Below, piece by piece: positions 8,940 through 18,305 of a DNA stretch of 64,000 bases. Position numbers and translations under genes: made by a program. Origin of the DNA: Parcubacteria bacterium C7867-005 (GTDB lineage Bacteria > Patescibacteriota > Minisyncoccia > Phycocordibacterales > Zambryskibacteraceae); NCBI GenBank assembly GCA_001189165.1, contig LFCO01000001.1:84321-148320 (forward strand), written 5' to 3'. The stretch's first letter is position 1. The number at the start of each line of letters is the position of its first letter. The notes beneath the pieces are model-generated. The model searched no databases. It was not told the origin of the DNA and worked only from the letters and a program-made list of their open reading frames with translations.

Positions 8940-8970
8940 GGCCCCGACACCTGTCGGGGCCTCTTACTTT
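8940..8970 (+). terminator. Terminator of unit 2 (GGCCCCG hairpin family)
   Basis: GGCCCCGACA-CC-TGTCGGGGCC then TCTTACTTT. Confidence 0.75.
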
Positions 8971-8996
8971 ACAAATAGTCTACTATTTGCTATAAT
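8968..8996 (+). promoter_or_regulatory. Promoter of the DEAD-box helicase gene with palindromic spacer
   Basis: TTTACA-17-TATAAT; palindrome CAAATAGT-CT-ACTATTTG at 8972-8989. Confidence 0.65.
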
Positions 8997-9105
8997 AGTG
9001 TCTAAGAATATCTCATTCGTTGTTCGTATCCGAGAGTAACCAACTTTATTAACTCTCTACGGAAGAGGCCAGTCCTAAGACGCGCGAGACCTTCTTCCGA
9101 ATAAT

Positions 9106-10311
9106 ATGTATCAAAAAAGATCTTTTGGGCGTAGCCCAAGTACGAGAGGCCATAGACCATACCAAGGGCGCCCACCGATGAGGAGGAGTGCTGGTGGTTT
9201 CCGTGGTCAGAAACTCGACATCAATAGTTTTATAAACAAAGCGGTTATCGTAGAAGAATTCGATCACTTCGTTCCTGAACACGCATTCAGTGACTTTGTC
9301 ATAGAGGGAAAGCTCAAGAAAAACATCGCAGCCAAAGGTTACGTCGCTCCAACCTCTATCCAAGACAGGACGATACCTCACATCCTTAAGGGCCAAGATG
9401 TTGTCGGTATAGCCAATACAGGTACAGGCAAGACAGCAGCATTCCTCATCCCTTTAGTGGACAAGATGATGAAGAATCCAGATGGATCTGTACTCATCGT
9501 CGTACCTACAAGAGAGCTCGCTACACAGATAAATGATGAGCTAAAAGGCTTTGCTCCAGGCACAGGACTTTTCTCTGTTGTTTGTGTTGGTGGTACACCA
9601 ATGGGGAACCAGCTCAAGGAACTCCGATATAAAAACCATTTCATCATTGGCACGCCCGGTAGATTGAAAGACCTCATAGAGAGGCGCGCATTGGATTTAT
9701 CCAAAACGTCTTCAGTTGTATTAGACGAAGCGGACAGAATGCTCGATATGGGTTTTATGCCCGACATGAAATTCATTATGGCCAAAATGCCAAGTGAAAG
9801 ACATACACTTTTCTTCTCAGCGACTATGTCCAAAGAGATAGAAAAGTTAATACATGAATTCTTAAACGAGCCAGTATCTATTTCAGTAAAAACTCAAGAT
9901 ACATCAAAAAATGTTGATCAGGATATCGTCCGCATGAGAGCGGGGGAAGACAAAATCCTAGCACTCGAAGAATTACTCAAAAAAGAAGATTTCAACAAGG
10001 TACTTATCTTTGGTCGTACTAAACATGGCGTAGAGAGGTTGGCCAAAACACTATCAGTCAGAGGTTTTGCCGCAGACTCTATCCATGGAGACAAGAGCCA
10101 GGGCCAGAGACAAAGAGCTCTAAATGCTTTTAAGGAAAACAAACTCAAGATCTTGGTTGCTACTGACGTAGCTGCCAGAGGACTCGACATCCCACTCGTA
10201 TCTCATGTGATCAATTTTGACATTCCTGCGACGTACGAAGACTACATTCACCGCATTGGCCGTACAGGTAGAGCCGGTGCAGTAGGCAAGGCCCTTACTT
10301 TCGTAGAATAA
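9106..10311 (+). CDS. DEAD-box RNA helicase (RhlE-like)
   Basis: Q motif, ANTGTGKT, PTRELA, TPGRL, DEAD, SAT, HRIGRTGRAG. Confidence 0.95.
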   Translation: MYQKRSFGRSPSTRGHRPYQGRPPMRRSAGGFRGQKLDINSFINKAVIVEEFDHFVPEHAFSDFVIEGKLKKNIAAKGYVAPTSIQDRTIPHILKGQDVVGIANTGTGKTAAFLIPLVDKMMKNPDGSVLIVVPTRELATQINDELKGFAPGTGLFSVVCVGGTPMGNQLKELRYKNHFIIGTPGRLKDLIERRALDLSKTSSVVLDEADRMLDMGFMPDMKFIMAKMPSERHTLFFSATMSKEIEKLIHEFLNEPVSISVKTQDTSKNVDQDIVRMRAGEDKILALEELLKKEDFNKVLIFGRTKHGVERLAKTLSVRGFAADSIHGDKSQGQRQRALNAFKENKLKILVATDVAARGLDIPLVSHVINFDIPATYEDYIHRIGRTGRAGAVGKALTFVE

Positions 10312-10313
10312 CA

Positions 10314-10793
10314 ATGAGGAAAACTCTTCTGACTATTGTTGTTTTGTTTCTGGTTATCTTATTTTGGCTTTTTTTGCGTAAACCAGAAAAAATAGATCTG
10401 AATATTAGTCCAGATCAACAAGGAGAGGTCCCTACTACCACCTCAACAGGATTTACCTTGAGTCAGAATTCTATAGTAGTAGATTTGCCCAAAACGAATT
10501 CTACAACCACCTCTCCAATCAATCTTTCGGGCAAGGCTCGTGGAAATTGGTTTTTCGAAGCCAGCGCTCCGGTCCAAGTTGTGGATGATAAGGGCAATGT
10601 CCTCGGCCAGAGTCATGTAGAAGCGACGGGTGACTGGATGACTACAGAATTCGTGCCCTTTACTGGTAGTGTTGTTTATAAAAATCCAACAGGCACCACG
10701 ACCAAGGGGTTTGTCGTTTTTTCGAACGACAATCCATCCGGTGATCCAGAGAGAAGTGTTTCAGTCAAAATCCCTATAAATTTCAAGAGATAG
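10314..10793 (+). CDS. Membrane-anchored Gmad2 immunoglobulin-like domain protein
   Basis: N-terminal TM; G.ARGNWFFEASAPV..D..G; WMTTEFVPF; NPSG. Confidence 0.8.
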   Translation: MRKTLLTIVVLFLVILFWLFLRKPEKIDLNISPDQQGEVPTTTSTGFTLSQNSIVVDLPKTNSTTTSPINLSGKARGNWFFEASAPVQVVDDKGNVLGQSHVEATGDWMTTEFVPFTGSVVYKNPTGTTTKGFVVFSNDNPSGDPERSVSVKIPINFKR

Positions 10794-10801
10794 ACTTAGG
10801 T

Positions 10802-11509
10802 TTATTGTTCTCTACCTCGGTCAGGCTGAAATGGAAGACTGTTCCTCACAGGAACTTTTCTGATTATTTCTAGTATCTCATCATGGTCATCTGTGATCGT
10901 GTATAGGGATAGATCCGGTTCGCTGATGGTTTCTCTGGAGAGCAAGGTTTCTTTCAAAAAGTTTTCTACATTTCTCCAATAATCTCCTCCAACGCAGATG
11001 ATGGGCACACCCTCGATTTTTTTTGTCTGGATGAGAGTCATGATCTCAAAAAATTCGTCCAAGGTACCGAACCCTCCAGGAAAGAAAACAAAAGCTTCTG
11101 CAGAGAAAGAGAGCATCACCTTACGCACGAAGAAATAATAGTGATCAACCTGTTTAGTGATGTATTTATTAATCGTCTGTTCGCTAGGGAGTTTGATCGT
11201 CACACCGAGTGATGTTCCACCAACTTCGAAGGCACCTCTGTTTGCGGCTTCCATAATCCCTGGACCTCCGCCAGATGCTACTGCGTAGTTGAGTTCTTTG
11301 GCTATACGCCCAGCGAGAGTTCGTGCACTTTGATAGTAAGGGTTATCTTCCTTGAATTGATTTGATCCGAAAAAAGTTACTGATTTAGGGTTATCTTCGA
11401 GGAACCTGAATCCCTCAACAAATTCTTTGGTTATTTCAGACACTCGGTCTAGGGCTACCTCCTGAACTTCTTTTGGGGTTAGGGTTAGCGTGTTTTTATC
11501 TGTATTCAT
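10802..11509 (-). CDS. LOG-family (TIGR00730) nucleotide phosphoribohydrolase
   Basis: [29 protein letters not shown]; TATGAT 7 nt before ATG 11509. Confidence 0.92.
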   Translation of the reverse strand: MNTDKNTLTLTPKEVQEVALDRVSEITKEFVEGFRFLEDNPKSVTFFGSNQFKEDNPYYQSARTLAGRIAKELNYAVASGGGPGIMEAANRGAFEVGGTSLGVTIKLPSEQTINKYITKQVDHYYFFVRKVMLSFSAEAFVFFPGGFGTLDEFFEIMTLIQTKKIEGVPIICVGGDYWRNVENFLKETLLSRETISEPDLSLYTITDDHDEILEIIRKVPVRNSLPFQPDRGREQ

Positions 11510-11588
11510 GCGCAATATCATACCATACGGGGATAGCGAACTAGCTACATTTTGTGTGCGAGTTATACTAAAAAGGAATAAAAAATAT

Positions 11589-12065
11589 ATGAAACACTTA
11601 AATCGAAATCAATGGATCGGTGTCGCCGCTGGCCTGGGCTTTGTTGGGTACCTCTTTTATGGAGGAGCTTTTGTTAATCTTTTTAATCAAAACAATCCAT
11701 CCATGCAAAACGATTCTATGTCTCTAAAAACGGGTGTACAAGTTAGTGATGTGGTTGTGGGGAATGGAGACGCAGCTCTAGCTGGAGACGTCATAACCGT
11801 TCACTATGTTGGTTCACTTACAGACGGCAAGGTCTTTGACAGTTCTCTGGACAGGAAGCAACCCATCACCTTTACTCTCGGTGTTGGACAGGTTATCCGC
11901 GGATGGGACGAGGGTGTCGCAGGTATGAGAGTTGGAGGCAGGCGCAAGCTACTCATTGCCCCTGACTATGGTTATGGAGAGAACGGTATCGGCCCAATAC
12001 CTCCAAGTTCTACCCTTATTTTTGAAGTCGAATTACTAAAGATTGAGAAGCCAGTAGCCAGATAG
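11589..12065 (+). CDS. FKBP-type peptidyl-prolyl isomerase with N-terminal TM
   Basis: [41 protein letters not shown]. Confidence 0.93.
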   Translation: MKHLNRNQWIGVAAGLGFVGYLFYGGAFVNLFNQNNPSMQNDSMSLKTGVQVSDVVVGNGDAALAGDVITVHYVGSLTDGKVFDSSLDRKQPITFTLGVGQVIRGWDEGVAGMRVGGRRKLLIAPDYGYGENGIGPIPPSSTLIFEVELLKIEKPVAR

Positions 12066-12078
12066 CATTCATGTATAT

Positions 12079-12708
12079 ATGGAGATAGATACAAACAATC
12101 TCCACCATGCGTATCTTCTAGAAGGGGAGATCTCTCTCGGTAATAAATATCTAGATTCTCTTTTCTTGCGTCTGGGTATCGATACGGTGCAAAATCCTGA
12201 TAGGCATGTTTTCAACAGCGGGGTATTCACAGTGGATGAGGCGCGTGGCTTGATTGAACGTGCGCAAAGCAAATCGTTTGGTGAAAGATCCGTCTTTATC
12301 ATATCTTCACCACACTTGACTAAAGAAGCTCAGAACGCACTACTCAAAACCCTCGAAGAGCCTCAACCGAACAAACACTTTTTTCTTCTTGCTTCTAATC
12401 GGGATCTGCTTCTGCCCACGCTTCTCTCTAGGTTGATGATAGTGAGGATGGATAGAGGAGATTATTCTTCGAATCGGTCAGGAAATTTTCTTTCACTAAG
12501 TCCGAAAAACAGACTGGCTTTCGCCAAAGAATTTGCAGATAAAGAGGGTGATCTAGGATCTTTTCTGGACTCGCTTTTGGCCGATCTCAAAAAAGAAAAT
12601 AGAAGTAAGACTGATATAGACAAAGTTTTTAGTGTCCGCAGATTTGCTGATGATACGAGCGTTCAACCCCGCCTCATTTTGGAGCATCTTGCTTTGGTTT
12701 TGAAATAA
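12079..12708 (+). CDS. holB: DNA polymerase III delta-prime-like subunit (short)
   Basis: HHAYLLEG, EAQNALLKTLEEP, LLPTLLSR. Confidence 0.75.
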   Translation: MEIDTNNLHHAYLLEGEISLGNKYLDSLFLRLGIDTVQNPDRHVFNSGVFTVDEARGLIERAQSKSFGERSVFIISSPHLTKEAQNALLKTLEEPQPNKHFFLLASNRDLLLPTLLSRLMIVRMDRGDYSSNRSGNFLSLSPKNRLAFAKEFADKEGDLGSFLDSLLADLKKENRSKTDIDKVFSVRRFADDTSVQPRLILEHLALVLK

Positions 12709-12712
12709 GGAT

Positions 12713-12730
12713 ACCCACCTTACGGTGGGC
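12713..12730 (-). terminator. Terminator hairpin of unit 3
   Basis: GCCCACC-GTAA-GGTGGGT on the minus strand, between convergent genes. Confidence 0.6.
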
Positions 12731-12738
12731 AGTCGCGC

Positions 12739-12924
12739 CTAGTGTCCTGGTCCATACCGCACTCTCTTGGCTAGGCTCGAGAGGAGGGGGATGACAGCGA
12801 AGATCGCGAACGAGAGGACGAGTATTCCCGCACCGATCTCGTAGCACCAGAAAAACACGAGGGACGCCAGTCCGAAGAACAAAGCCAGGAATCCGAGCCT
12901 CACGCGAAGCATCTTCTTTTCCAC
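12739..12924 (-). CDS. GC-rich small two-TM membrane protein
   Basis: Leader ...ATACCCCAAACCAGGATCTGGAGGGAAAG-GTG; TATAGT -10 at 12980-12975; two hydrophobic helices. Confidence 0.7.
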   Translation of the reverse strand: MEKKMLRVRLGFLALFFGLASLVFFWCYEIGAGILVLSFAIFAVIPLLSSLAKRVRYGPGH

Positions 12925-13021
12925 CTTTCCCTCCAGATCCTGGTTTGGGGTATGCGTGATGTAATCTAACTCCTACTATACCCTAATTTTCGTATAAAAT
13001 TATCCATGCTAAAATGTGTTT

Positions 13022-13573
13022 GTGGCATACAATTTCCAACAATTCAAAACAGTAGGTGAGTCAACTCTCTCTTGGCTACAAAAGGAATTCAGTGCTTTGC
13101 GTACGGGTCGTTCGACGCCAACTATTTTAGATGTGGTTTCTGTAGAATCATATGGTTCAAGAGTACCCATAAACCAGGTGGCGAACATAACCGTTCAAGA
13201 TGCACGCACTATACGTATTACTCCATGGGATAAAAACGTCACCCAAGCCATCGACGTGGCGATAAGAGAATCCAATCTAGGATTATCTGTGGCCGTTGAT
13301 GATCAGGGTCTGAGGATTTCTTTCCCAGAACTGACCGCAGACAGGCGCGTTGGGCTCATCAAAGTAGCCAAACAAAAACTTGAAGAAGCGAGGATTACTA
13401 TTCGTGGAGAGAGAGAAAGAGTTTTGAATGATCTGGATAAAAAAGAGAAGGATGGTGAGATGTCCAAAGATGATAAATTTAGAGCCAAAGAAGATTTGCA
13501 AAAGTTAGTAGATGAAGCAAACAGAAAACTTGAGGATCTGTCTACCAGAAAAGAGAAAGAGATAAACGAATAG
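13022..13573 (+). CDS. frr: Ribosome recycling factor
   Basis: LRTGRS.P.ILD, YG..VPINQVANI, FPELT.DRR; TAAAAT 6 nt before GTG 13022. Confidence 0.95.
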   Translation: MAYNFQQFKTVGESTLSWLQKEFSALRTGRSTPTILDVVSVESYGSRVPINQVANITVQDARTIRITPWDKNVTQAIDVAIRESNLGLSVAVDDQGLRISFPELTADRRVGLIKVAKQKLEEARITIRGERERVLNDLDKKEKDGEMSKDDKFRAKEDLQKLVDEANRKLEDLSTRKEKEINE

Positions 13574-13580
13574 CATAAAA

Positions 13581-14666
13581 ATGTCCGTCATATATTTTCT
13601 GATTATATTGAGTGCACTGGTCATAGTGCATGAGCTTGGACACTTTTTAGTAGCCAGATATTTCGGTATCAGGGTGGATGAGTTTGGACTAGGCTATCCA
13701 CCCAAAGCTAAATCTTTATTCTCTTGGAAGGGCACACTCTTTACTCTAAATTGGTTACCGTTTGGTGGCTTTGTGAAGATCTTTGGGGAGAATCCGAATG
13801 AGTCAATCGAAGGTTTTCAATCAGTTTCCCCAGATTCTTTTTCTGCTAAGCATCGAGGTGCACAGGCCTCGGTTCTCGTTGCTGGTGTAGTTGGCAATAT
13901 ATTGTTTGCATGGCTACTTATATCTATAGGTTTTATGTCCGGGTTACCCGTACCGTCGAGCATGGCTCTACCCATGACTGATGCTCGGACGATGATTACC
14001 ACAGTCATGCCTGATTCGCCTGCGCATATTGCAGGGCTTTTGCCTGGAGACAGTATTGTGGAACTTCGTCGTGGTAAAACATTTGCAGAGAATTCTCCAG
14101 AAAAAATATCCGAGTTTATTGGATTATCTGGTGAGGCTTTAGACTTCACCATAAAGAGGGGCGAGGCTACTTTGGTTAAAACTTTGTCACCAAGTGATTC
14201 AGTAGTGTCGGGCCGATTAGTGGTTGGTATTAGCATGGACACCATAGGCACGGTTAGATTGTCTCCACCAAGAGCTGTCTATGAAGGGTTAAAAGCCACA
14301 GCACAACTTACTGCTTTGACGGCTACTGGGCTAGCTGATTTCATTTTTGGAGCTCTACGGGGCGAGGCCAAATTAAGTGATGTGACGGGGCCCGTGGGGC
14401 TCGTGGGTATGGTTGGGGATGTGAAGGCTCTTGGCTTCGTGTATGTCATGTACTTTACCGCCCTCATCTCTATAAATTTGGCATTGGTTAATCTCCTGCC
14501 CATCCCTGCGCTCGACGGTGGTCGGCTACTGTTTGTGGGTATAGAAAGTATTATCCGGAGACCAATATCTCCAAAGGTTTTTAATATGGCCAACAATGTT
14601 GGATTTTTCTTGCTCATTACGTTGATGTTGCTTATCACCTTCCGAGATATCACTAAATTGATATAA
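13581..14666 (+). CDS. rseP: RIP metalloprotease RseP (M50 plus PDZ)
   Basis: HELGH, LPFGGFVK, NLLPIPALDGG. Confidence 0.95.
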   Translation: MSVIYFLIILSALVIVHELGHFLVARYFGIRVDEFGLGYPPKAKSLFSWKGTLFTLNWLPFGGFVKIFGENPNESIEGFQSVSPDSFSAKHRGAQASVLVAGVVGNILFAWLLISIGFMSGLPVPSSMALPMTDARTMITTVMPDSPAHIAGLLPGDSIVELRRGKTFAENSPEKISEFIGLSGEALDFTIKRGEATLVKTLSPSDSVVSGRLVVGISMDTIGTVRLSPPRAVYEGLKATAQLTALTATGLADFIFGALRGEAKLSDVTGPVGLVGMVGDVKALGFVYVMYFTALISINLALVNLLPIPALDGGRLLFVGIESIIRRPISPKVFNMANNVGFFLLITLMLLITFRDITKLI

Positions 14667-14673
14667 TTATTTT

Positions 14674-14967
14674 ATGAGCTCTGAAGGACCAAATGAATTT
14701 CCTATATCAAATCCAGAATCACTAGAGGATTCTTTTTCGCCTGAACAGTTTGAGATTTTTAGAAGAATAGAAGATGCGGTTAGAGTTAGGACCTTTAGAC
14801 AAGACGAGGAAATAGAATTAGGTATGGAGAGGTGGGCTGAAGAAGGGGCTGTATTGTTTGATCACGTTTTTCTTGTTTTGTGGCAAGAAAGACCAGGAAT
14901 TTTAGAGGAATTTATGAGTGATCCAGATGGAGTTGTGAATGAAATTTTGGTTAGGATGGAAATGTAG
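14674..14967 (+). CDS. Acidic hypothetical protein
   Basis: 97-aa ORF filling the gap, native codon usage. Confidence 0.6.
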   Translation: MSSEGPNEFPISNPESLEDSFSPEQFEIFRRIEDAVRVRTFRQDEEIELGMERWAEEGAVLFDHVFLVLWQERPGILEEFMSDPDGVVNEILVRMEM

Positions 14968-15009
14968 GTGGCCTTTGTTTAAATACTGATTTTTCTGTAA
15001 AATAGGCGG

Positions 15010-16230
15010 ATGCGACAATCTCAATTTTTCACTAAGACTAGAAAGGAAGCCCCAGCAGACGAGGTATCCAAGAACGCTCAACTCTTGATTCGTGGGGGAT
15101 TTATCAACAAAGAGATGTCCGGGGTCTATGACTTCTTGCCTCTAGGACTGCGTGTTTTGAATAAAATCATCAACATTATTCGTGATGAGATGAATATGAT
15201 CGGAGGGCAAGAGATATTTATGTCCGCTCTTCAACGCAAAGAACTTTGGGAGAGGACAGACCGGTGGAGTGATGAAAAAGTAGATAATTGGTTTAAGACA
15301 AACCTAAAAGATGGTGCAGAGCTAGGTCTCGCATTTACGCACGAAGAACCAATCTCAAATATGTTGGAGCAATTCGTGTCTTCACACAAAGACCTACCTT
15401 TTTCTGTTTACCAATTTCAAACCAAGTTCAGAAACGAGACTCGTGCCAAGAGCGGTATCATGCGAACCAGAGAATTTATCATGAAGGATTTGTATTCTTT
15501 TACCAAAGATGAAGTAGAGCATCTTGAATTTTATGAGAAAGCAAAGAAGGCATATCTAAATATTTTTAAAACAGTTGGTTTGGGAGACATGACCTATATC
15601 ACTACAGCATCGGGGGGTAGTTTCTCTGAATTTTCACATGAATTTCAAACTCTTTGTGATGCTGGTGAAGATATAATTTATATAACTGATGAAAACAAGA
15701 AAGAGGCACTAAACAAGGAGCTTGGGATGGACGTTGCCACTCAAGAGGAGAAAGCGGTAGAAATTGGCAATATCTTCACTCTGGGCACGAAGTTTTCTGA
15801 CGGGTATTTAACTTATAAAGATGAGGCTGGGGAAAACAAACCCGTTTTTATGGGTTCATATGGGATAGGGCCAGCAAGGCTGATGGGCACCATAGTTGAA
15901 GTTCTTTCAGATAAAGATGGGATAGTTTGGCCCAAATCAGTCGCTCCATTCAGAGCTCACATACTATCTCTCGGTCAAGGTGAAAATGTTCTAAAGCTTG
16001 CAGAGGAAACTTACAAAACTCTAGTCGATAAGGGGGTAGAGGTTTTGTTTGATGATAGAGATGTTCGGGCAGGAGAGAAGTTTGCAGACGCAGACCTCAT
16101 AGGCATTCCTACTCGTGTAGTTGTGAGTGAGAAAACGATAGAGTCAAATATGTTTGAGACCAAGGATAGAGCAACTGGTGAAGTAAAAAGTTTCTCCTTG
16201 GATCATTTAATTTCCGAATTACAGAGATGA
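15010..16230 (+). CDS. proS: Prolyl-tRNA synthetase (short form, no editing insertion)
   Basis: THEE, YQFQTKFRNETRAKSGIMRTREF.MKDLYSF, MGSYGIG..R, anticodon domain GEKFADADLIGIP. Confidence 0.95.
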   Translation: MRQSQFFTKTRKEAPADEVSKNAQLLIRGGFINKEMSGVYDFLPLGLRVLNKIINIIRDEMNMIGGQEIFMSALQRKELWERTDRWSDEKVDNWFKTNLKDGAELGLAFTHEEPISNMLEQFVSSHKDLPFSVYQFQTKFRNETRAKSGIMRTREFIMKDLYSFTKDEVEHLEFYEKAKKAYLNIFKTVGLGDMTYITTASGGSFSEFSHEFQTLCDAGEDIIYITDENKKEALNKELGMDVATQEEKAVEIGNIFTLGTKFSDGYLTYKDEAGENKPVFMGSYGIGPARLMGTIVEVLSDKDGIVWPKSVAPFRAHILSLGQGENVLKLAEETYKTLVDKGVEVLFDDRDVRAGEKFADADLIGIPTRVVVSEKTIESNMFETKDRATGEVKSFSLDHLISELQR

Positions 16231-17294
16231 AAGATTTCTTCGATACCAGAAAAATAAGCAGAATGCTCTCGAACGATATAGGGCTCGATTTGGGCACAGC
16301 GAACACCCTCGTCTATGTGCGAGGTAAGGGTATAGTGATCAACGAACCATCGGTGGTGGCTGTGAATCAAAAGACTGGGCAAGTCGTAGCTGTGGGTACA
16401 GAAGCCAAAAACATGCTCGGGCGTACGCCCTCGCACATCGTGGCGGTGAGGCCCCTTGTGGACGGAGTGATCTCTGATTTTGAGGTGACAGAAGAGATGA
16501 TCTCTTATTTTTTATCCAGAGCAGAGGAACAGTCTAAAAAACTTTTTGGTCCGAGGGTGATCGTAGGCGTGCCTTCGGGGATCACAAACGTAGAGATACG
16601 TGCAGTGAGGGACGCAACCAAAAATGCTGGTGCAGGTGAAGTACATATAGTAGAAGAACCAATGGCCGCGGCCATCGGCCTGCGTCTACCAATCGGAGAG
16701 CCGGTGGGGAATATGATCATAGATATCGGCGGTGGCACTTCTGACATCGCAGTTCTTTCTCTTGGTGGAGTTGTGCGTTCAAAAAACTTACGAGTCGCTG
16801 GGGATAAATTCAACAACGACATCATCTCTTATATCAGGAACCAATTCAAAATCCTCATAGGAGAAAAGACCGCAGAGAATGTAAAACATGCTATAGGATC
16901 AGTCCATCCAGATTCACCTCCACTCGAGGCGCGGATAAAGGGTCGGGACCTCATCACCGGTTTACCAAGAGAGGTGATAGTTACTGACACAGATATCAGA
17001 GAGGCACTCGCTCCGTCCATAGAATCACTGATCGAATCAACTCGAGAGGTTTTGGAAACAACACCACCAGAAATCTTGGCAGACATCATGCACCGTGGCA
17101 TTTATCTTGTGGGTGGTGGGGCTCTTACTAGTGGGCTGGCCGAACTCTTGGCGCGTGAAGTGAATATCCCCGTTCACGTAGCTCCAGATCCACTTACAGC
17201 AGTTGCCCGAGGCGCGGGTATTATACTTGAGGATATAGAATCTTATAGAGGTGTACTTATAGAAAATGAAGACGCACTTCCACCAAAGAAATAG
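16227..17294 (+). CDS. mreB: Rod shape-determining actin MreB
   Basis: DLGTANTL, EPMAAAIG, DIGGGT.D, GGGAL. Confidence 0.97.
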   Translation: MKDFFDTRKISRMLSNDIGLDLGTANTLVYVRGKGIVINEPSVVAVNQKTGQVVAVGTEAKNMLGRTPSHIVAVRPLVDGVISDFEVTEEMISYFLSRAEEQSKKLFGPRVIVGVPSGITNVEIRAVRDATKNAGAGEVHIVEEPMAAAIGLRLPIGEPVGNMIIDIGGGTSDIAVLSLGGVVRSKNLRVAGDKFNNDIISYIRNQFKILIGEKTAENVKHAIGSVHPDSPPLEARIKGRDLITGLPREVIVTDTDIREALAPSIESLIESTREVLETTPPEILADIMHRGIYLVGGGALTSGLAELLAREVNIPVHVAPDPLTAVARGAGIILEDIESYRGVLIENEDALPPKK

Positions 17295-18048
17295 GTTAAA
17301 CAAAGATTATTTTGGCAGGACAATTGTTGTCCTAGTTTTGTTTTTTGCTTGTGCAGTCGTCTTTTCGTTTATGGATGGTGTTTTGGTCAGGATAGCATCA
17401 CCGATCTGGAAAGGGGAGAATGCTTTGGCCAACTCGTTTTGGGGATTCTCTAATTTTTTTAAATCCAAAGAAACCCTTATCGCAGAGAACCAGTCACTCA
17501 AGGATAAGATCATTTCTCAGGAATTATCCATAGAATCAGCTCGTGTCACTATGCAGAGAGAGGATGATCTACTGCGTTCTTTTGGTAGACCAAAAAATGA
17601 AATCTTTATTGCCGCCAGCGTCTTGGTTCGTCCACCAGAAACTCCTTATGATATCTTGCTCGTGGACGCAGGTGCTGATGAAGGTGTGAATGTTTCTGAT
17701 AGAGTAACCCTGGCTGAGGGTATACCCATCGGTTCAGTCGTCGAGGTTTTCAAAAAAACATCCAGAGTGAAGTTATATTCTGCGAGCGGTGAGGATACTC
17801 AGGCCGTACTCGAACGCGGGCCGGTCTCTATCCTGCTCACTGGTAGGGGCGGTAGTAGTTTTGAGTTTACTGTGCCCAGGGAGCTCGAAGTTCTAATCGG
17901 TGACAGAGTTCTTTCTTCAACTATCAATTCTACTTTACTGGGTACCGTGGAGGATATAGAAGTAGCCCCAACTGACTCATTAAAGAAAGTTTTGGTCTCT
18001 AGTTTTGTGAATGTTCATAATATTCGTTTTGTAAGAATAACCCCATGA
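17266..18048 (+). CDS. mreC: Rod shape-determining protein MreC
   Basis: TM, coiled coil (LIAENQSLK), beta domain (LLVDAG..EGV); follows mreB. Confidence 0.85.
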   Translation: MKTHFHQRNRLNKDYFGRTIVVLVLFFACAVVFSFMDGVLVRIASPIWKGENALANSFWGFSNFFKSKETLIAENQSLKDKIISQELSIESARVTMQREDDLLRSFGRPKNEIFIAASVLVRPPETPYDILLVDAGADEGVNVSDRVTLAEGIPIGSVVEVFKKTSRVKLYSASGEDTQAVLERGPVSILLTGRGGSSFEFTVPRELEVLIGDRVLSSTINSTLLGTVEDIEVAPTDSLKKVLVSSFVNVHNIRFVRITP

Positions 18049-18305
18049 GTAAGCGAGGCGTGGTCACGATTCTTTTGATTTTTATTTCATTGGCTTTTCC
18101 TTATTGGGTTTATTTGCCAGCACTCTTTTTGACGGTTTTATTCCTTACATTTTTTTGGGAGGCGATATTTATTGGATTCATAATCGACGCGCTTTATGGT
18201 TCACCGTGGGGTGGTTTACTTTCTTACCCCGTCGGTTTGTCTGTCTGTTTGTTCCTCATTCTTCTTTTGCCTATAAGAGATAGAATAAGGACAAACGATG
18301 CATAG
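18045..18305 (+). CDS. Small membrane protein in MreD position
   Basis: Very hydrophobic, GFIIDALYG; lies between mreC and mrdA. Confidence 0.6.
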   Translation: MSKRGVVTILLIFISLAFPYWVYLPALFLTVLFLTFFWEAIFIGFIIDALYGSPWGGLLSYPVGLSVCLFLILLLPIRDRIRTNDA

